Part shown: in pieces, positions 1 through 12,529 of the stretch
Position numbering within the stretch: position 1 is the stretch's first letter
Layout of the letters: the number at the start of each line of letters is the position of its first letter
Source of the DNA: Amoebidium appalachense
Taxonomy: Eukaryota > Protista > Ichthyosporea
Assembly: GCA_963693365.1 (NCBI GenBank)
Contig: CAVNZM010000007.1
Location: 9,855,962-9,919,961, forward strand
DNA length: 64,000 nucleotides
Direction of reading: 5' to 3'
The notes under the pieces: model-generated
Told to the model about the DNA's origin: nothing
Seen by the model: only the letters and a program-made list of their open reading frames with translations
The model's database searches: none
Translations under genes and position numbers: made by a program

Positions 1-880
1 GCTTTCTGCACTGCTTTATGTAGACCGAAACACCAATATTCCAGTTCCCAAAATTCTTGGGTGGAGCGAAGATGTAGCTACATCCGGTGGTTGGCGCCCG
101 ATACATTCTCTTGGAGAAAGTCGAGGGAGAGGTATTGGCTACGGCCTGGCCCCCTCTTGCACATGAAACAAGGAAAGAATTTCTAAAACAGGTTACAGAC
201 ATCGTCTATCAGCTTCAGCAGTGCCGATTTTCGGGTATAGGTGGCCTCGTTCTTCGGCCAGCACCGGAAACGACATCGTAGTTGGTTCATACTTCGACCT
301 GCAGAGGGGGCCGTTTAAACATGCACAAGAGTGGCTGGATGCACTGTGGGCTAGAAAGGCGAGGGAAATAGAGGCAGACAGTGAGCCTGTTAGGCTGCTG
401 TTGGCACCATACAGTGAGGCCGTCCAGCAGCACATTGCCCACACTTATCCCGGTGAAGGAAAACCTGAGACCAGCATTCTTTTCCATGGTGATTTCAATT
501 TTCGAAACATGCTTGTGCAGGCCGGGAGAATAACAGCTGTGCTGGACTGGGAATGGGCAGGTGCCTTCCCCCTTTCTCGCGAATGGATTAACGGACTGGA
601 GGAGTTGTGGGAGTACTCCTCTTTGCAAGGTCCCTTGCCAGTGGCTTTTTCGAACGACGAAAACCCCGAAGACACGCAGGAAATTTTCTTGTCTCTGTGC
701 AGGAGCAGGGGTGTGGCGCTACCGGAAAGTTTGCCTGGGTTTAGCAAAATCAGGCTGGCTCACGAGCTTGTAGAAGCACTTAGGCCGTGGGAGATAGGCT
801 GCTTTGGGCCTGAAGGAGACCTCAAGTATGCACAGAAAGCAGTAGAAAAGTTGGAACGATTGCTGCAGGATCAAAACTAG
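1..880 (+). CDS. Aminoglycoside phosphotransferase (APH)/choline kinase-like protein, 5'-partial, with two frameshifts (pseudogene or assembly error)
   Basis: Motifs occur in order across three frames: NTNIPVPKILGW (frame from 5), VGARYILLEKVEG (87..281), then RGPF...LFHGDFNFRNMLV...ITAVLDWEWAG (221..880). Frame changes near 85 and 270; no intron seen. Confidence 0.8.
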
Positions 881-1787
881 TCCATAGTAGCAGCTGTTGC
901 TGCACCGATATATAGTACCTTGGCGAAGGTTTTTTCTGAAAGTAGGGTGTATATGGATATTCCTATTTTTTATTGTTTTACTTGAACAATACGCTAAACG
1001 ACTCGTATGGGGCAGAGTGGGTTCAAGTTATGCCTGCCTGTACGGAACACAAATACAGCTGCTCAGAGAGGGCATGCTTGTGATGAGGGTTTCGCATTTG
1101 TCCTCCTGCGTGACCTAGCGGCTGCCCAAGCTGTTAGTAGCCTCGTTGCTGTATCGTAAGATAACATAGGTGTGCCGGACTGGTGCCGCATGCAAACTGT
1201 GACGATAGCTACCCTTCTAGGGAAGTGGTTTAAAGTATTCATACGAAGCACTTCACTATGTATGGTCGCCAATTCGCTCCGACCCCCCCCCCCCACCACC
1301 ACCACCACCACCACCACCCCTCCTCGCCACACGTGCACTTGTACACTGCCCCCTCCCCCCCCCCCCCCCCCTTTTCTGATTCCCTGCCGAGTCAATGCCA
1401 ACCTGCCCGCTCGGGCCTTTCAAACCAAGATCCCATCAGGATCCGTACAGTTATTTACTTCGGAACACAAACACACGCAACATGGCTAGTATCCAGGTTT
1501 AGAAAGCCGTAGTGCTCACAGCAGCACATACTTATATCCAGATAACACTGAACGTAGTCTCACTGATGCAAACAGTTTCGTGCAGTACATAAATTTGTGC
1601 GGTTTGCTTGCGTCTGATAATTGAGCACACGGGCAAGATTTTACACGGCCACTCCACCTCCAACAGTGGAGGATATCCCCAATAGCTGAAGTCATACCGG
1701 CTCACCGACCGGGGGTCCCGACACAAAGAGAGTACATGATGCATAACCAAAAAAAAACAAAAAAAACAAAAACAAAAACAAAAGCAC

Positions 1788-3165
1788 TTACTTGCCCACA
1801 ACCTTCATAGCCAACTCAAGCACCTCCTCACACCCCGCTGTACTCTCTAGCCACTCCACAGGGATACCATTAACCCCTGCCCGTGCACCCAAACATGCCC
1901 CAATCAAGTTTGCACGTGAGCAGTTGCACCCCCCCGCACGGATATTCTGCCTCACCGCCTCCACAAAATCGCCACCAGCAGCAAGAACACGCACGGCACT
2001 CTTGAATGAGCCGGGAATAGCACATGCCTTGCCATATCGGGCAACATCAGCAACAACTGCCTCTGTCACTGCTTGGGCCACGGAGGAGTCATCCTCTTCG
2101 TCCAACTGCTTGTCAGCCACGGCGCGTGCATCGCCTATGGCGCTCTGCATCTCAAAATAAATCTCTGGGAGAAGTGCTCTTATCTCGGCACTGATGCTTT
2201 CCAGGGGATCATCCTGGCCCAGTATATATCCTTCAACCAACATTGCCATCACACGTGTATGTTCGAGTGCCGACGGTGCAGTGGTCAGTATTGCCGCTGC
2301 TTTTTCAGCCGTGGCAAGCATGTCGTGCCTGCCTGCCCCCTTTGCAATGAACGGGAGGGCTGTGCAAAACCCATCAAATTCCATGTTCTCGGAGCTCCCT
2401 GTGGGCACCACACCGTTATCCACGTTCTCCAAATACGTGATCACACCCTTCTGAATCCAAGGCCCCTCCACCGGCCCCTTGTGTGTCTCTCTGTGTTCTG
2501 GACTGTATGCTATTTTGCGCTTTGCTAGGGCCACAGCATGGGGTGTGTCTGGGCCAAACAGAGACTTGAAGGAAGCAGCAATGGCCGTAGGGTCAAAACC
2601 ACCACAGGAGGCAAAGGCACGCAGGCTGGCCAAGACCTGTTCATTGTAGCAGCTGTGCCCACCTGTGATGCCACGGGCAGAATTAGTGGATCACCCCGCC
2701 GCCACACACACGTGTACACGTCTGCACATGCGTAAACCCTCCTCCTGATTGCTTCATTCTTTCTCGCGCTGTAACGACCTGCAGCTTCAGTCACGCCAAC
2801 ACCAAACAAAACGCACGGAAAAATTCTCCCTGCACAGCTGTCATCCGGAGACTCAGTCACTTCTCGACAACAACCCAACTTTCGTGCAGCAACCAAGCAC
2901 CCACAGTTTACAGCACCTCAACTCAAGGGCACCTACCCGTAGGCACGCTGTAGAAAGGCGACTTGTTCTCGGGCCAGAACTCGGGCTGGCTGGTGCCCAG
3001 TGTGGCCTGCAGGCTGGCCGTGTCATAGACCCAGTGGAACGGCCGCGTGGCTGCGTCCGCCACAGCCGCACCCACCAGGGCCCCGACCTGTCTCTGCTGC
3101 TGGGCGGGCAGCTGCCGCGCTGTCTCGAGGAGACTGGCTAGCGCTGCGCTGCGTGTGTGCGCCAT
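1788..3165 (-). CDS. ADP-ribosylglycohydrolase family protein (SelJ / J1-crystallin-like), 2 exons
   Basis: Exon 1 is 3165-2937 (GALVGAAVADAATRPFHWVYD...SPFY). GT-AG intron 2936-2663 with a CTAAT branch-like motif. Exon 2 is 2662-1788 (GHSCYNEQ...AVRQNIRAGGCNCSRANLIGACLGA..GIPVEW). Splice phase is consistent. Confidence 0.88.
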
Positions 3166-3437
3166 GGCTGTGGGTTGCCTAGGGGATAGTGGGTACCGTA
3201 GAGGAGTGATGTGGTGTTGTGTTCTGATGCAGTGCCAGTCTGCACAGTTGCAGCCTGACAGGGCAAGTTGAGCCTCCCCTCTCGGTCACTTGACTCAGTT
3301 GAAAGAACACGAAATGAGTAAGTCTGTATAATGTAGACGTGTTTACTAGAATATTTGTGCCAAAAGATCGAGTAAGAATACGTCATATTTGGGACTCCTT
3401 GCAGACTATTACGTAACACGGTGAGAGGACGAGAGGG

Positions 3438-3747
3438 CAGGGGTGTGGCAGAGCGGCCTCAATGACTTGACTTGACTTTAAATTGTTTGCTGGGTCTTAT
3501 GACTTGACTTATTGTAATTAATTTTGAAGTCGCGATTTGGAGGAGTACTATTTTTAGTAACTCCTCCGGCCAGCCATGGCCACGGGCGGGCATTGCACCC
3601 CCCTTTCCAACGAACCCTCTTATGCTTCCCCGCCCCAACCCCCCTCCCCCTCAAGTCACTAAGGCTTCATGATTTGACTTGACATAATAAAAGTCAGGTG
3701 CTTGGTGACTTCAAGTCGCGACTTGAAGTCAAGTCGCCACACCCCTG
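3438..3747. mobile_element. hAT-type MITE (310 bp)
   Basis: 12-bp TIR CAGGGGTGTGGC / GCCACACCCCTG, perfect 8-bp TSD CGAGAGGG (3430-3437, 3748-3755), and multiple subterminal GACTT/AAGTC motifs. Confidence 0.9.
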
Positions 3748-4661
3748 CGAGAGGGTCGTACGGACTCGTGGGATCAGCTGGGATCAGTGACTTTGAAACT
3801 TTTTGACCTACTATGTTCCTAAAGATTCTCGCGTAGCTAGCTAATGAATAACACATAAGGTATACGAGATACGCGTACGGCGAAGGCACTTGGAGTAGGT
3901 AGCTGTGAGTTTTTTTTCAGAAGGCCACGTGTTCCACACATGGGGCAGGGAATCAATTGATCTATACGCCATCCAAATCTGTTCTCAAGGAGGTTGCTCA
4001 CGCGATACAGAGGAGAGTACCAAGAATTGTGAGCGAGAGTGCACGGACCCCAGCAGCCATCTGCTGCGAAAACGTAAGATTGTTATATCTCTCTCTGCCC
4101 CTATGCATTAGTAGTGGACATGGGTTTCTACAGTTTGTAAGGTCCCACTTCTTTTCTTTCCACATCTCGCTACTGGGCTCTGACCCCTCCTTTGCGTTCC
4201 CAAACGGTTGCCAACTTGAACTCTTCTTCATGGCGTCGACGGGGGGGTTGGGGGTGGGGGGGGGGGCGTGTGTGTGTGTGTGTGTGTGTGTGCAAAAGTG
4301 TAACGGTGAGGAGGGCCGGGAAAGGGGGGGGGGGGGGGGGGAGGGGGGGGGATGGGACCGGGGGGGAAGTGGAAACGAGAGATGTGGAGGGGGGGCCACC
4401 GTAAGAGGAGAAGGGGTGTGAGCGAGACAGACATATACACACGCACATACACGGACTGAGAGGGAAAGGGGGGGGGAGAGGGGAGGGGAAGCAAGCGAGG
4501 GGGGGGTAAGGGGGTGGGGGGTGGGAGGGAGGGAGGGAGGGAGGGAGGGAGGGAGAAAAAGGAAAGAGTGAGGGGGAGGACAGAGAGTGGAGAGGTATAT
4601 ATACAAAAAATGAGAGAACTCTTTCGGGGGAGTGGGGGAGAGGGGAAGGGGAAGACTGTGC

Positions 4662-4771
<110 letters not shown>

Positions 4772-5059
4772 GGGGGAGAGAGAGAGAGGGAGAGGGGGGG
4801 GGGGGGGGGGAGGGGGGGGGGGAGAGGGAGAGAGATTAGCCTGAGGGGGCCTGTACCATAACCGACTATAAAGGAGGTGGTAGTGAGGCGGGGGGGGGGG
4901 GGGGGGGGGGGGGATAAAAGAAATGTGGACCCCTGAGAAACCTGAAGAGAGATATGATGTTTACAAAATGAGAGTAGACTAAGTATTGACAGCCTACTAG
5001 TGTCAGTAACAAAGTTTTTAGTTGGGGCCACACACACACACACACGCACACACAACACA

Positions 5060-5157
<98 letters not shown>

Positions 5158-5939
5158 TTTGCTTATCGATCTTTCTGTTGGCCTTGCTTTTGTTTTCCCT
5201 TCGTCTTGAGCTACCTCTTTTTGTTTGAGGAGGTCCGGGTGTGGGCGTTGATGGGGCTTAATAAGGGTTTTCTGTTGTTATAGGTTTTATGTGTTTGGGT
5301 GTGGAGGTACTATGAATGATAGGTGGAGGGACACGGGATATTGAGCAGACAAAAAGGGGAGGGGGGGGGGGGGGGGGGGGGGGGGTTGCTTGGCCCAGAG
5401 GTACATTTAATACCTTTGCACGGGGAGGGTGGAAACCTGAGAAGATTGGAAAAGCTCCGATGGAAGGCTTTTTTTTTGGGGGGGGGGGGGGGGGGGGGGG
5501 GGGGGAGGGAGGGGAGGGGGGGGGGGGGGGGGGGGACTCAATATTGAGGCGTGTGGACAGGTGGACAGGCAAAGGATTTTTCATAAAGAGAATAATTCAA
5601 AGGTAGGTCTGGAACAGGAATGGGGGGGGGGGGAGGGGGGAGGGGGTTGAGGGGTCAATGAGTCCCGGCTGAAGTGATGATAATTCCATGCGGCATTATG
5701 ATGGTTTAAACAATATTCTAGGCTGTGTGGTGTGTTTCTGTACTAATTTATTCAATGTATGCTGCCAATATACTTATGTATCACTCCACTCTTCCCGCAG
5801 GGGGGGGGGGGGTTGCTTCGTTTTTATTCTGACTACTTGGTTCCAGCAGAAACACTGGTTCAGAGCGATCCACAAGCAGCCCGCTGGTTTAAATCAAACT
5901 ACCGTGACCACCCGGGGGTGACTAGATCTGAAGGTATAA

Positions 5940-6004
<65 letters not shown>

Positions 6005-7464
6005 CAAAAAATAATAAAAAATAATAAAGAACTGAAAATAACATTAGTAAATTTTCTTCCTTACAGGCTGCTCGCCCTGATTGTTAGCATAAAGCCTATC
6101 TCGATTACCCCACATGTACCATGACCTATACCAAAGATGGGCACACTGCACAATAATGCACCAGGGATCACGCTCGCACTGGCAAGGTACTTGTATATCG
6201 TCATGACAGCACAGTGTGGATTATATGGCAGTACTTTGATTATAGGTGTTGGTGAAGCGTGGGAATACCTTCTCGCCTAGTGCTGTGTTTTTTTTTGCAT
6301 GACATGCACCCCACATCACCCCGTCGATACTTGGTGTGTTCTTGTCTACTAGTACTTAGCACCGTAGTGCCTGCACACCTGCGTGGCGCCTCGTTGGATC
6401 GCACTATCACTTACACCGCCTGTGCTTTGCGAGCACACGAAAAAATCACTTATATCGTGCTCAAGGAATTCTGCTTTTGGTATCAAGCTAATTGCATGCA
6501 ACACACACTGAACGTGACAACATTTTTAAGCATCCAAAGGCACATCATTGGAACGTTTTCATCTTGCTCATACGGTGTGGAATCAGTGAATCCCTATCTA
6601 GTACTATGTGCACTGACACAGGATGCAAATTGTTACCAACGAGCATAGTATGCTAGCACACTGATGCAGCAGTACACAGTGCGCTCCTGTACCCCCCTGT
6701 GTTTTCGCACACACACACATACTCAATGTTACACATTGTTTGCATACGTGTGCACACTCGCACACAATCATTATACGATTCACCCAACCGGTACTCTTGC
6801 ACACATTCATACACTCAGCATGGCACTTGCATAACATGATTCTCCCCCATACCTCCCTACTTTAGTACCATCCCCCTCCCCCCTTCCCCCCCGGCTGCTG
6901 CATTGTTATCCGTCATGAATGTGTACTTCCCTGAGTGAATACTATGTACTCGTACTATGTGAGGCATTATCCCCCCCTCCCCTTCCCTCCCTTCCCCCCT
7001 CCCCCCTCCCCTCCCCCCCCCCCCCCCCTCCCCCCGCCCCACACACCGCAAATCCCACTCTCCGTTAGTCATGATACATTCGCCCCCACCCCCCTGCCCC
7101 CTGCCCCGGAACCCCAACATATATTCTGGGCCCACACATGAGCACACCTTTGTTCACACGCTTGCCGCACACGCACACTATCATAAGACCCATTCAAACG
7201 ATAAGTGTTTACTCTACCCTTGCCAGGAACTGTGCTGGGCATTGTAGCTCACAACCTCCTGAAGACTTCTTGCTCGCTCTTTCTTCTGATTATTATGCCT
7301 GCTTTCTACTGATCTTGGCAATGTGGATGCTCCATTTGTCGCCCTCCCACCCTCTCCGCAGCTCTCTCTCTCTCTTGCCCCACCTCCCTCCCTCCCCCCT
7401 CCCCCCTCCTTTATTCAGCCCCCCCCCCCCCCCCCCCCCATCTCTTACGCTCTCTCTCTCTGTG

Positions 7465-7543
<79 letters not shown>

Positions 7544-7730
7544 TTCTTTTCTCTCTCTCTCTCTCTCTTCCTCTCCCTCTGTCTCTCTCCCCCCCCTCCC
7601 CCCCCTTCTCTCTCTCCCTCTCTCTCTTTTTCTCTTTCTCTCTCTCTGGCTCTCCCTCTCTCTCTTCCTCTCCCTCTGTCGCTCTCCCTCCCCCCCCCCC
7701 CCCCTCTCTCCCTCTCTCTCTTTTTCTCTC

Positions 7731-7847
<117 letters not shown>

Positions 7848-7863
7848 ATCTCTCCCTCCCCCC

Positions 7864-7901
<38 letters not shown>

Positions 7902-7935
7902 CGTCCTCCCTCCCTTCTTTCCCGGACCCCCCCCC

Positions 7936-8570
7936 CACGCGGGCTAAGGGGTCGAAACTCAGACGCAATTGATGACTTGGGCCCTCCCTGAGGATGGGCT
8001 CTGCTTATGACGCATACTGTGCGCATGGCTGATGTTGCATACTTGAATGTTTGCCTTTGCATGTGTCCTGCACCATGCTTCTCATCGTGTATGCGTACTT
8101 CGTACTGTGTTCCGCATTCAACCCCCCCCTGTCTTCTTTCGGAGGTGTCCTTTCAGGACAGACCACTGTGTGGAGACATCTTTACTTCCATGCAACCGGG
8201 CATGGTTGCTCTGTGTCGTGCATCTGTAAGCACGCGTTTTTCGCTGCACTGCATTAGTTTGCACATACATCTTCACCGTTTTGCTCACCTTGCTTGCATA
8301 AGCAACCCTGCTCGTCTTTGATCAAGACGGGTTGACCTACCCAAGTTCAGTTGATGCTGCTGTCTGAGTTGGAGCGCCGTATATACCCGGGCTAAGGGGT
8401 CGAAACTCAGACGCAATTGATGACTTGGGCCCTCCCTGAGGATGGGCTCTGCTTATGACGCATACTGTGCGCATGGCTGATGTTGCATACTTGAATGTTT
8501 GCCTTTGCATGTGTCCTGCACAATGTTTCTCATCGTGTAGTTGTACTTCGTACTGTGTTCCGCATCCCCC
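7936..8570 (+). mobile_element. Non-autonomous Penelope-associated element (retrozyme-like), ~1.4 tandem copies of a 448-bp unit
   Basis: GGGCTAAGGGGTCGAAACTCAGAC... starts at both 7941 and 8389. Homologous to the pLTR (32935-33241, 38140-38445) and the 5' block (38040-38130) of the Penelope-like element. No RT coding capacity; C-runs on both flanks. Confidence 0.85.
8298..8456 (+). ncRNA. Conserved structured RNA; candidate non-circularly permuted hammerhead ribozyme
   Basis: Contains GTCTGAGT-T-GGAG (8362-8374), GGTC-GAAA-CTCAGAC (8398-8412) and CTCC-CTGAGGA-T-GGGC (8432-8447), closed by stem ATAAGCA/TGCTTAT. Stems covary against the copies at 33 kb and 38 kb. Confidence 0.55.
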
Positions 8571-9067
8571 CCCCCCCCCCCTTCCCCCCGGTGTTTTTGA
8601 AGCCTCTTGCCCTTCCCCCCCCCATCCAGCAAACGGTGGGGCCCTTTACTTTCTATTGCAGTTTTACGGGCTGGAAATCCAAGTCCATTGCACTCCAACC
8701 TCCCATCCCCCCTCCCCCCTCCCCCGCCCGAAAAAGAATTAAAAAAAACATAAAAATAGAAAAAATTAAAAAGCAAAATTCCAGACCCTGAAACAGCCCC
8801 CCCCCCCCCCCTCCCCCCCCCCCCCCCCCCCCGGCCGGCTCTCCCCCCAAGCTCCTTATTAGCTTCTTCCAATCTGGGATGTCATAACTTTGTGCTTCAC
8901 CTCGTTAGGATGAGCTGCCTGTGGTTGTGTTGCATCTGTTGCTGTTTATGCTTGCATGTGATCTTACTAATATTAGCATGTCCTATGAATTTATGCGCAG
9001 CGTTTTTTGATTGTGGTAGTAATGCACGCACTGAAACCCATCCCCCCTCTCCCCATAACCACCACCA

Positions 9068-9156
<89 letters not shown>

Positions 9157-9336
9157 CGCCCCCCCCCACCACCACTACCTAAGAGATGAGAGAGTGAGAG
9201 TGAGGGCTAGGGAAAGAGAAAGAAGGGGGGGGGGGGGGGTGTGTGTGTGTGTGTGTGTGTGTATGCGTGTGTGTGTGTGCGTGCTTGTGAAAGAGAGTGA
9301 GGGGGGGAGGGGGGGAGGGGGGGAGGGGGGGGGGGG

Positions 9337-9370
<34 letters not shown>

Positions 9371-9687
9371 AGTGCGCGTCAGCAATCTGAAAAAGAGAAG
9401 GGGGGAGGGGGGAGGGGACGGAAGCGGGGGGTTTTGGGGGGGGGGGGGGGGGGGGGGGGGGCGAGTGAGAGAAAGGTTTAGAGAGAGACCTTGTCCTGGC
9501 TTATAGAAACCTATTGTTACGTTACATGCACACGGTGGGCCCAAACCCAATGTGAGTTTATGCACATTAGCAGCTTTTTTCTCTTGTTCTCTCTCCCTCT
9601 CTCACTCCTTGAAATTGTTTTCTTGATGGCTCTCTCACTCACACTTTCCTTTTTTTTCTTTCTTTTAAGGCTTTTTTCCCCCTTCTT

Positions 9688-9917
<230 letters not shown>

Positions 9918-10092
9918 TCTCTCTCCTTCTCCCTCTCTCGCTTCTCTCTCTCTCTCCCTCCCTCCCCCTTTCTCCCTCCCCCCCTGCCCCTCCCCCCCCC
10001 CCCTCCCCCTCCCTACCCCCTCCCCCTCCCCCTCCCCCTTCCCCTCCCCCTCCCCCTCCCTCCCTCCCTCCCTCTCTCGCTCTCTCCGAGAG

Positions 10093-10137
<45 letters not shown>

Positions 10138-10237
10138 CCTCCCTCCCTCACCCTCTCTCCCTCTCTCCCTCTCTCCCTCCCTCCCTCCCTCCCTCCCTCT
10201 CTCCCCCTCTCCGAGTCTCTCTCTCTCTCTCTTTCTA

Positions 10238-10271
<34 letters not shown>

Positions 10272-10395
10272 TGTGTGTCTGTCTGTCTGTCTGTCTGTCT
10301 CTCTGTCGCTGTCTCTGTCTCTGTCTCTTCCTGCTCCCCCCTCTCTCTCTCTTCCCCCCCTCTATCTCTCCGCCGCCCCTCTCCCTCTTCCTCTC

Positions 10396-10431
<36 letters not shown>

Positions 10432-10966
10432 CCCCAGTCTCTCTCTCTCTCCCTCGCTCCCCCCCTCCCCCCCCCCCTCTCTCTCTCTCACGTTATCTCG
10501 ATCTTGCTCTCAATGTCTCTCCCAGTATTGTGTTCTCTCTCACAATTCTTTTCCCCCGTAACATAGTCAAGCACACAACGAACAGGCACATGCACGCACG
10601 ATGTGAAACAACTTACATCTTTTCTTTGACCGTTGTTCTACTTTTGTTTTTCTCTTAGACTCTCGAAAGTGCCGAGGGAACATTTCTAGTTGTCTTTGTG
10701 GATGATTGTTTTTTTTGGGGAGGGGGGAAGGGGGGGGGGGGGGGGGGGGGGGGCTTTGGTCATTTTTTTTATCCCTGCAATGAAAACTGACCCAATGACC
10801 CTGAATCCCCACAGTCCCTCAGACAGTGGCAAACTATCACTGCGGCACCACAGCGACTACCCTAGACCCCGCTCCCTCCCCCCCCCCCCCTCCCCCCCCC
10901 CCCCCCCCCCTCCGCTCCCCCCGCTCCTACCCCCAGTCTCCCCTTCGTCTCCCCCTCTCCCCACCT

Positions 10967-11004
<38 letters not shown>

Positions 11005-11776
11005 TCCTCCTCTCCGCCCCTCCCCCCTTCCCCTCCACCCACCCACTCACCTACCCACCCAAAACCACCACCACCACCACGGGCCACCACCTCTTCTCCA
11101 CCCACGATGGCCACCCCTCCGCCTCTTCCCCCTGGCCTGAATGCTGACGGAGATATGTTTGAAGATTTTGAAGAGGGATTGAGTGAGGGGTTCCCCCCCC
11201 TGTCCGTGCCCAGACAGGAGGACCCACGTGGGCCCAGCCAGCATCCACAGTTTGTGGTCGAGGCACAGCCCGTGGTGGGCCAAGATGCGGATTATTATAG
11301 AAAGATGGTGGAGGCGGTTAGGCAGGTGGGGTAGCTATCTTTAGGTGTTGATGCTATTTATACATGTCGTTCATGTTGGTGATGTGTATCACATGGTTTA
11401 GTAACTGCGTATGATATGGTACACTCAGGCCTTGAGATAAAGAGCGAGACTGATTTTTCGGCATGATGATCTAATTTTGGAGCTGAGGTAGCAGCCGATA
11501 ATCGGTGTCCCAAACTTTAAAGTTCAGTCGCATTTACAAAGTTGGCACACACGAAGGACAGTGCCCCCTGGTCGATTCCCGAGAGCATCATAGTAGAGGA
11601 CCCTGTAACTGTAGACCTTGTAAACGTTGCGGCCGGATTGTGATTGGCAAACCCTTGCGTACGTTTTAAGGTTCGAGAAGATTCTGGATTAGCGAATGCT
11701 GCCGGACAAGTATCATACTCTCGGGGCCACCGGACAATAAAAATGCATGGTCTTTGAAATTCTTCTTCTTCTTCTT

Positions 11777-11807
<31 letters not shown>

Positions 11808-12529
11808 GGGGGCACTGAATGATAATGTGTTATATGCCATATATATGCCACGGTTTCGGGCCCACTGGGAGTGATTATCTCAGAGATTCTGTTCTAGCCT
11901 TGATTCGATCACTGACAGACCGCAGTAACTATATATGGACTTGTGGCGCAGAGGGGGGAGGGGGGGGGGGGCTTGAAGGGGGGGGGGGGAGGGGGGAAAG
12001 CGATCCAACCTTTCGGGTCGCATTACCAGTTTTACAGTCTTCATTGTGGGCGGTACAATGGTTTACGGAAAAGAAAAGCCATGGCCATGCTATATAAATG
12101 AATCGCTTTCAGATTAAAGAAAATTCCACCCCTGCAATGAAAATAACCATAATTAGGCGGTGATGCCCTTCAAGCGGTATCTGAAGTGGTTTTGACTCGG
12201 ACATTCCTGGGGCAGCAGAAGCTTAGCTAGCCAAGTCGGCAGACACTATCATAGGTATCTTAAGTTCAGGCCAGATCGGGTCGTTAAAGACTCGAGTTTT
12301 GGGTCAGCCCGGGTCCGACAAACTCGACGCGACAGTCATGGTTTAGATATACGTATATCCTTGACAACTGGAATGGTTTAGATATACGTAAATCCTTGAC
12401 AACTGGAACGCTTTTGCGCAAAAATTTTGCGCAAAATACTTCAAGGGGCCGCGGCCGCCGGCCGACCGATATTATTAACCGTGCCACGGCCCGTCGCTAA
12501 GGTCAAGTAGTAACGGTATCACCGTCGTG

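Noticed and set aside
1788-3165. Selenoprotein J (Sec-containing)
   Set aside because: The spliced frame is open with no in-frame TGA, so it is a non-Sec homologue.
8418-8439. Box C/D snoRNA (TGATGA ... CTGA)
   Set aside because: The boxes are too close, box C is not conserved in the pLTR copies (GGATGA), and the context is a retroelement.
11107-11324. Exon-like segment MATPPPLPPGLNADGDMFEDF...EAVRQ|gt
   Set aside because: Plausibly coding, but I could not link downstream exons or recognise a family.
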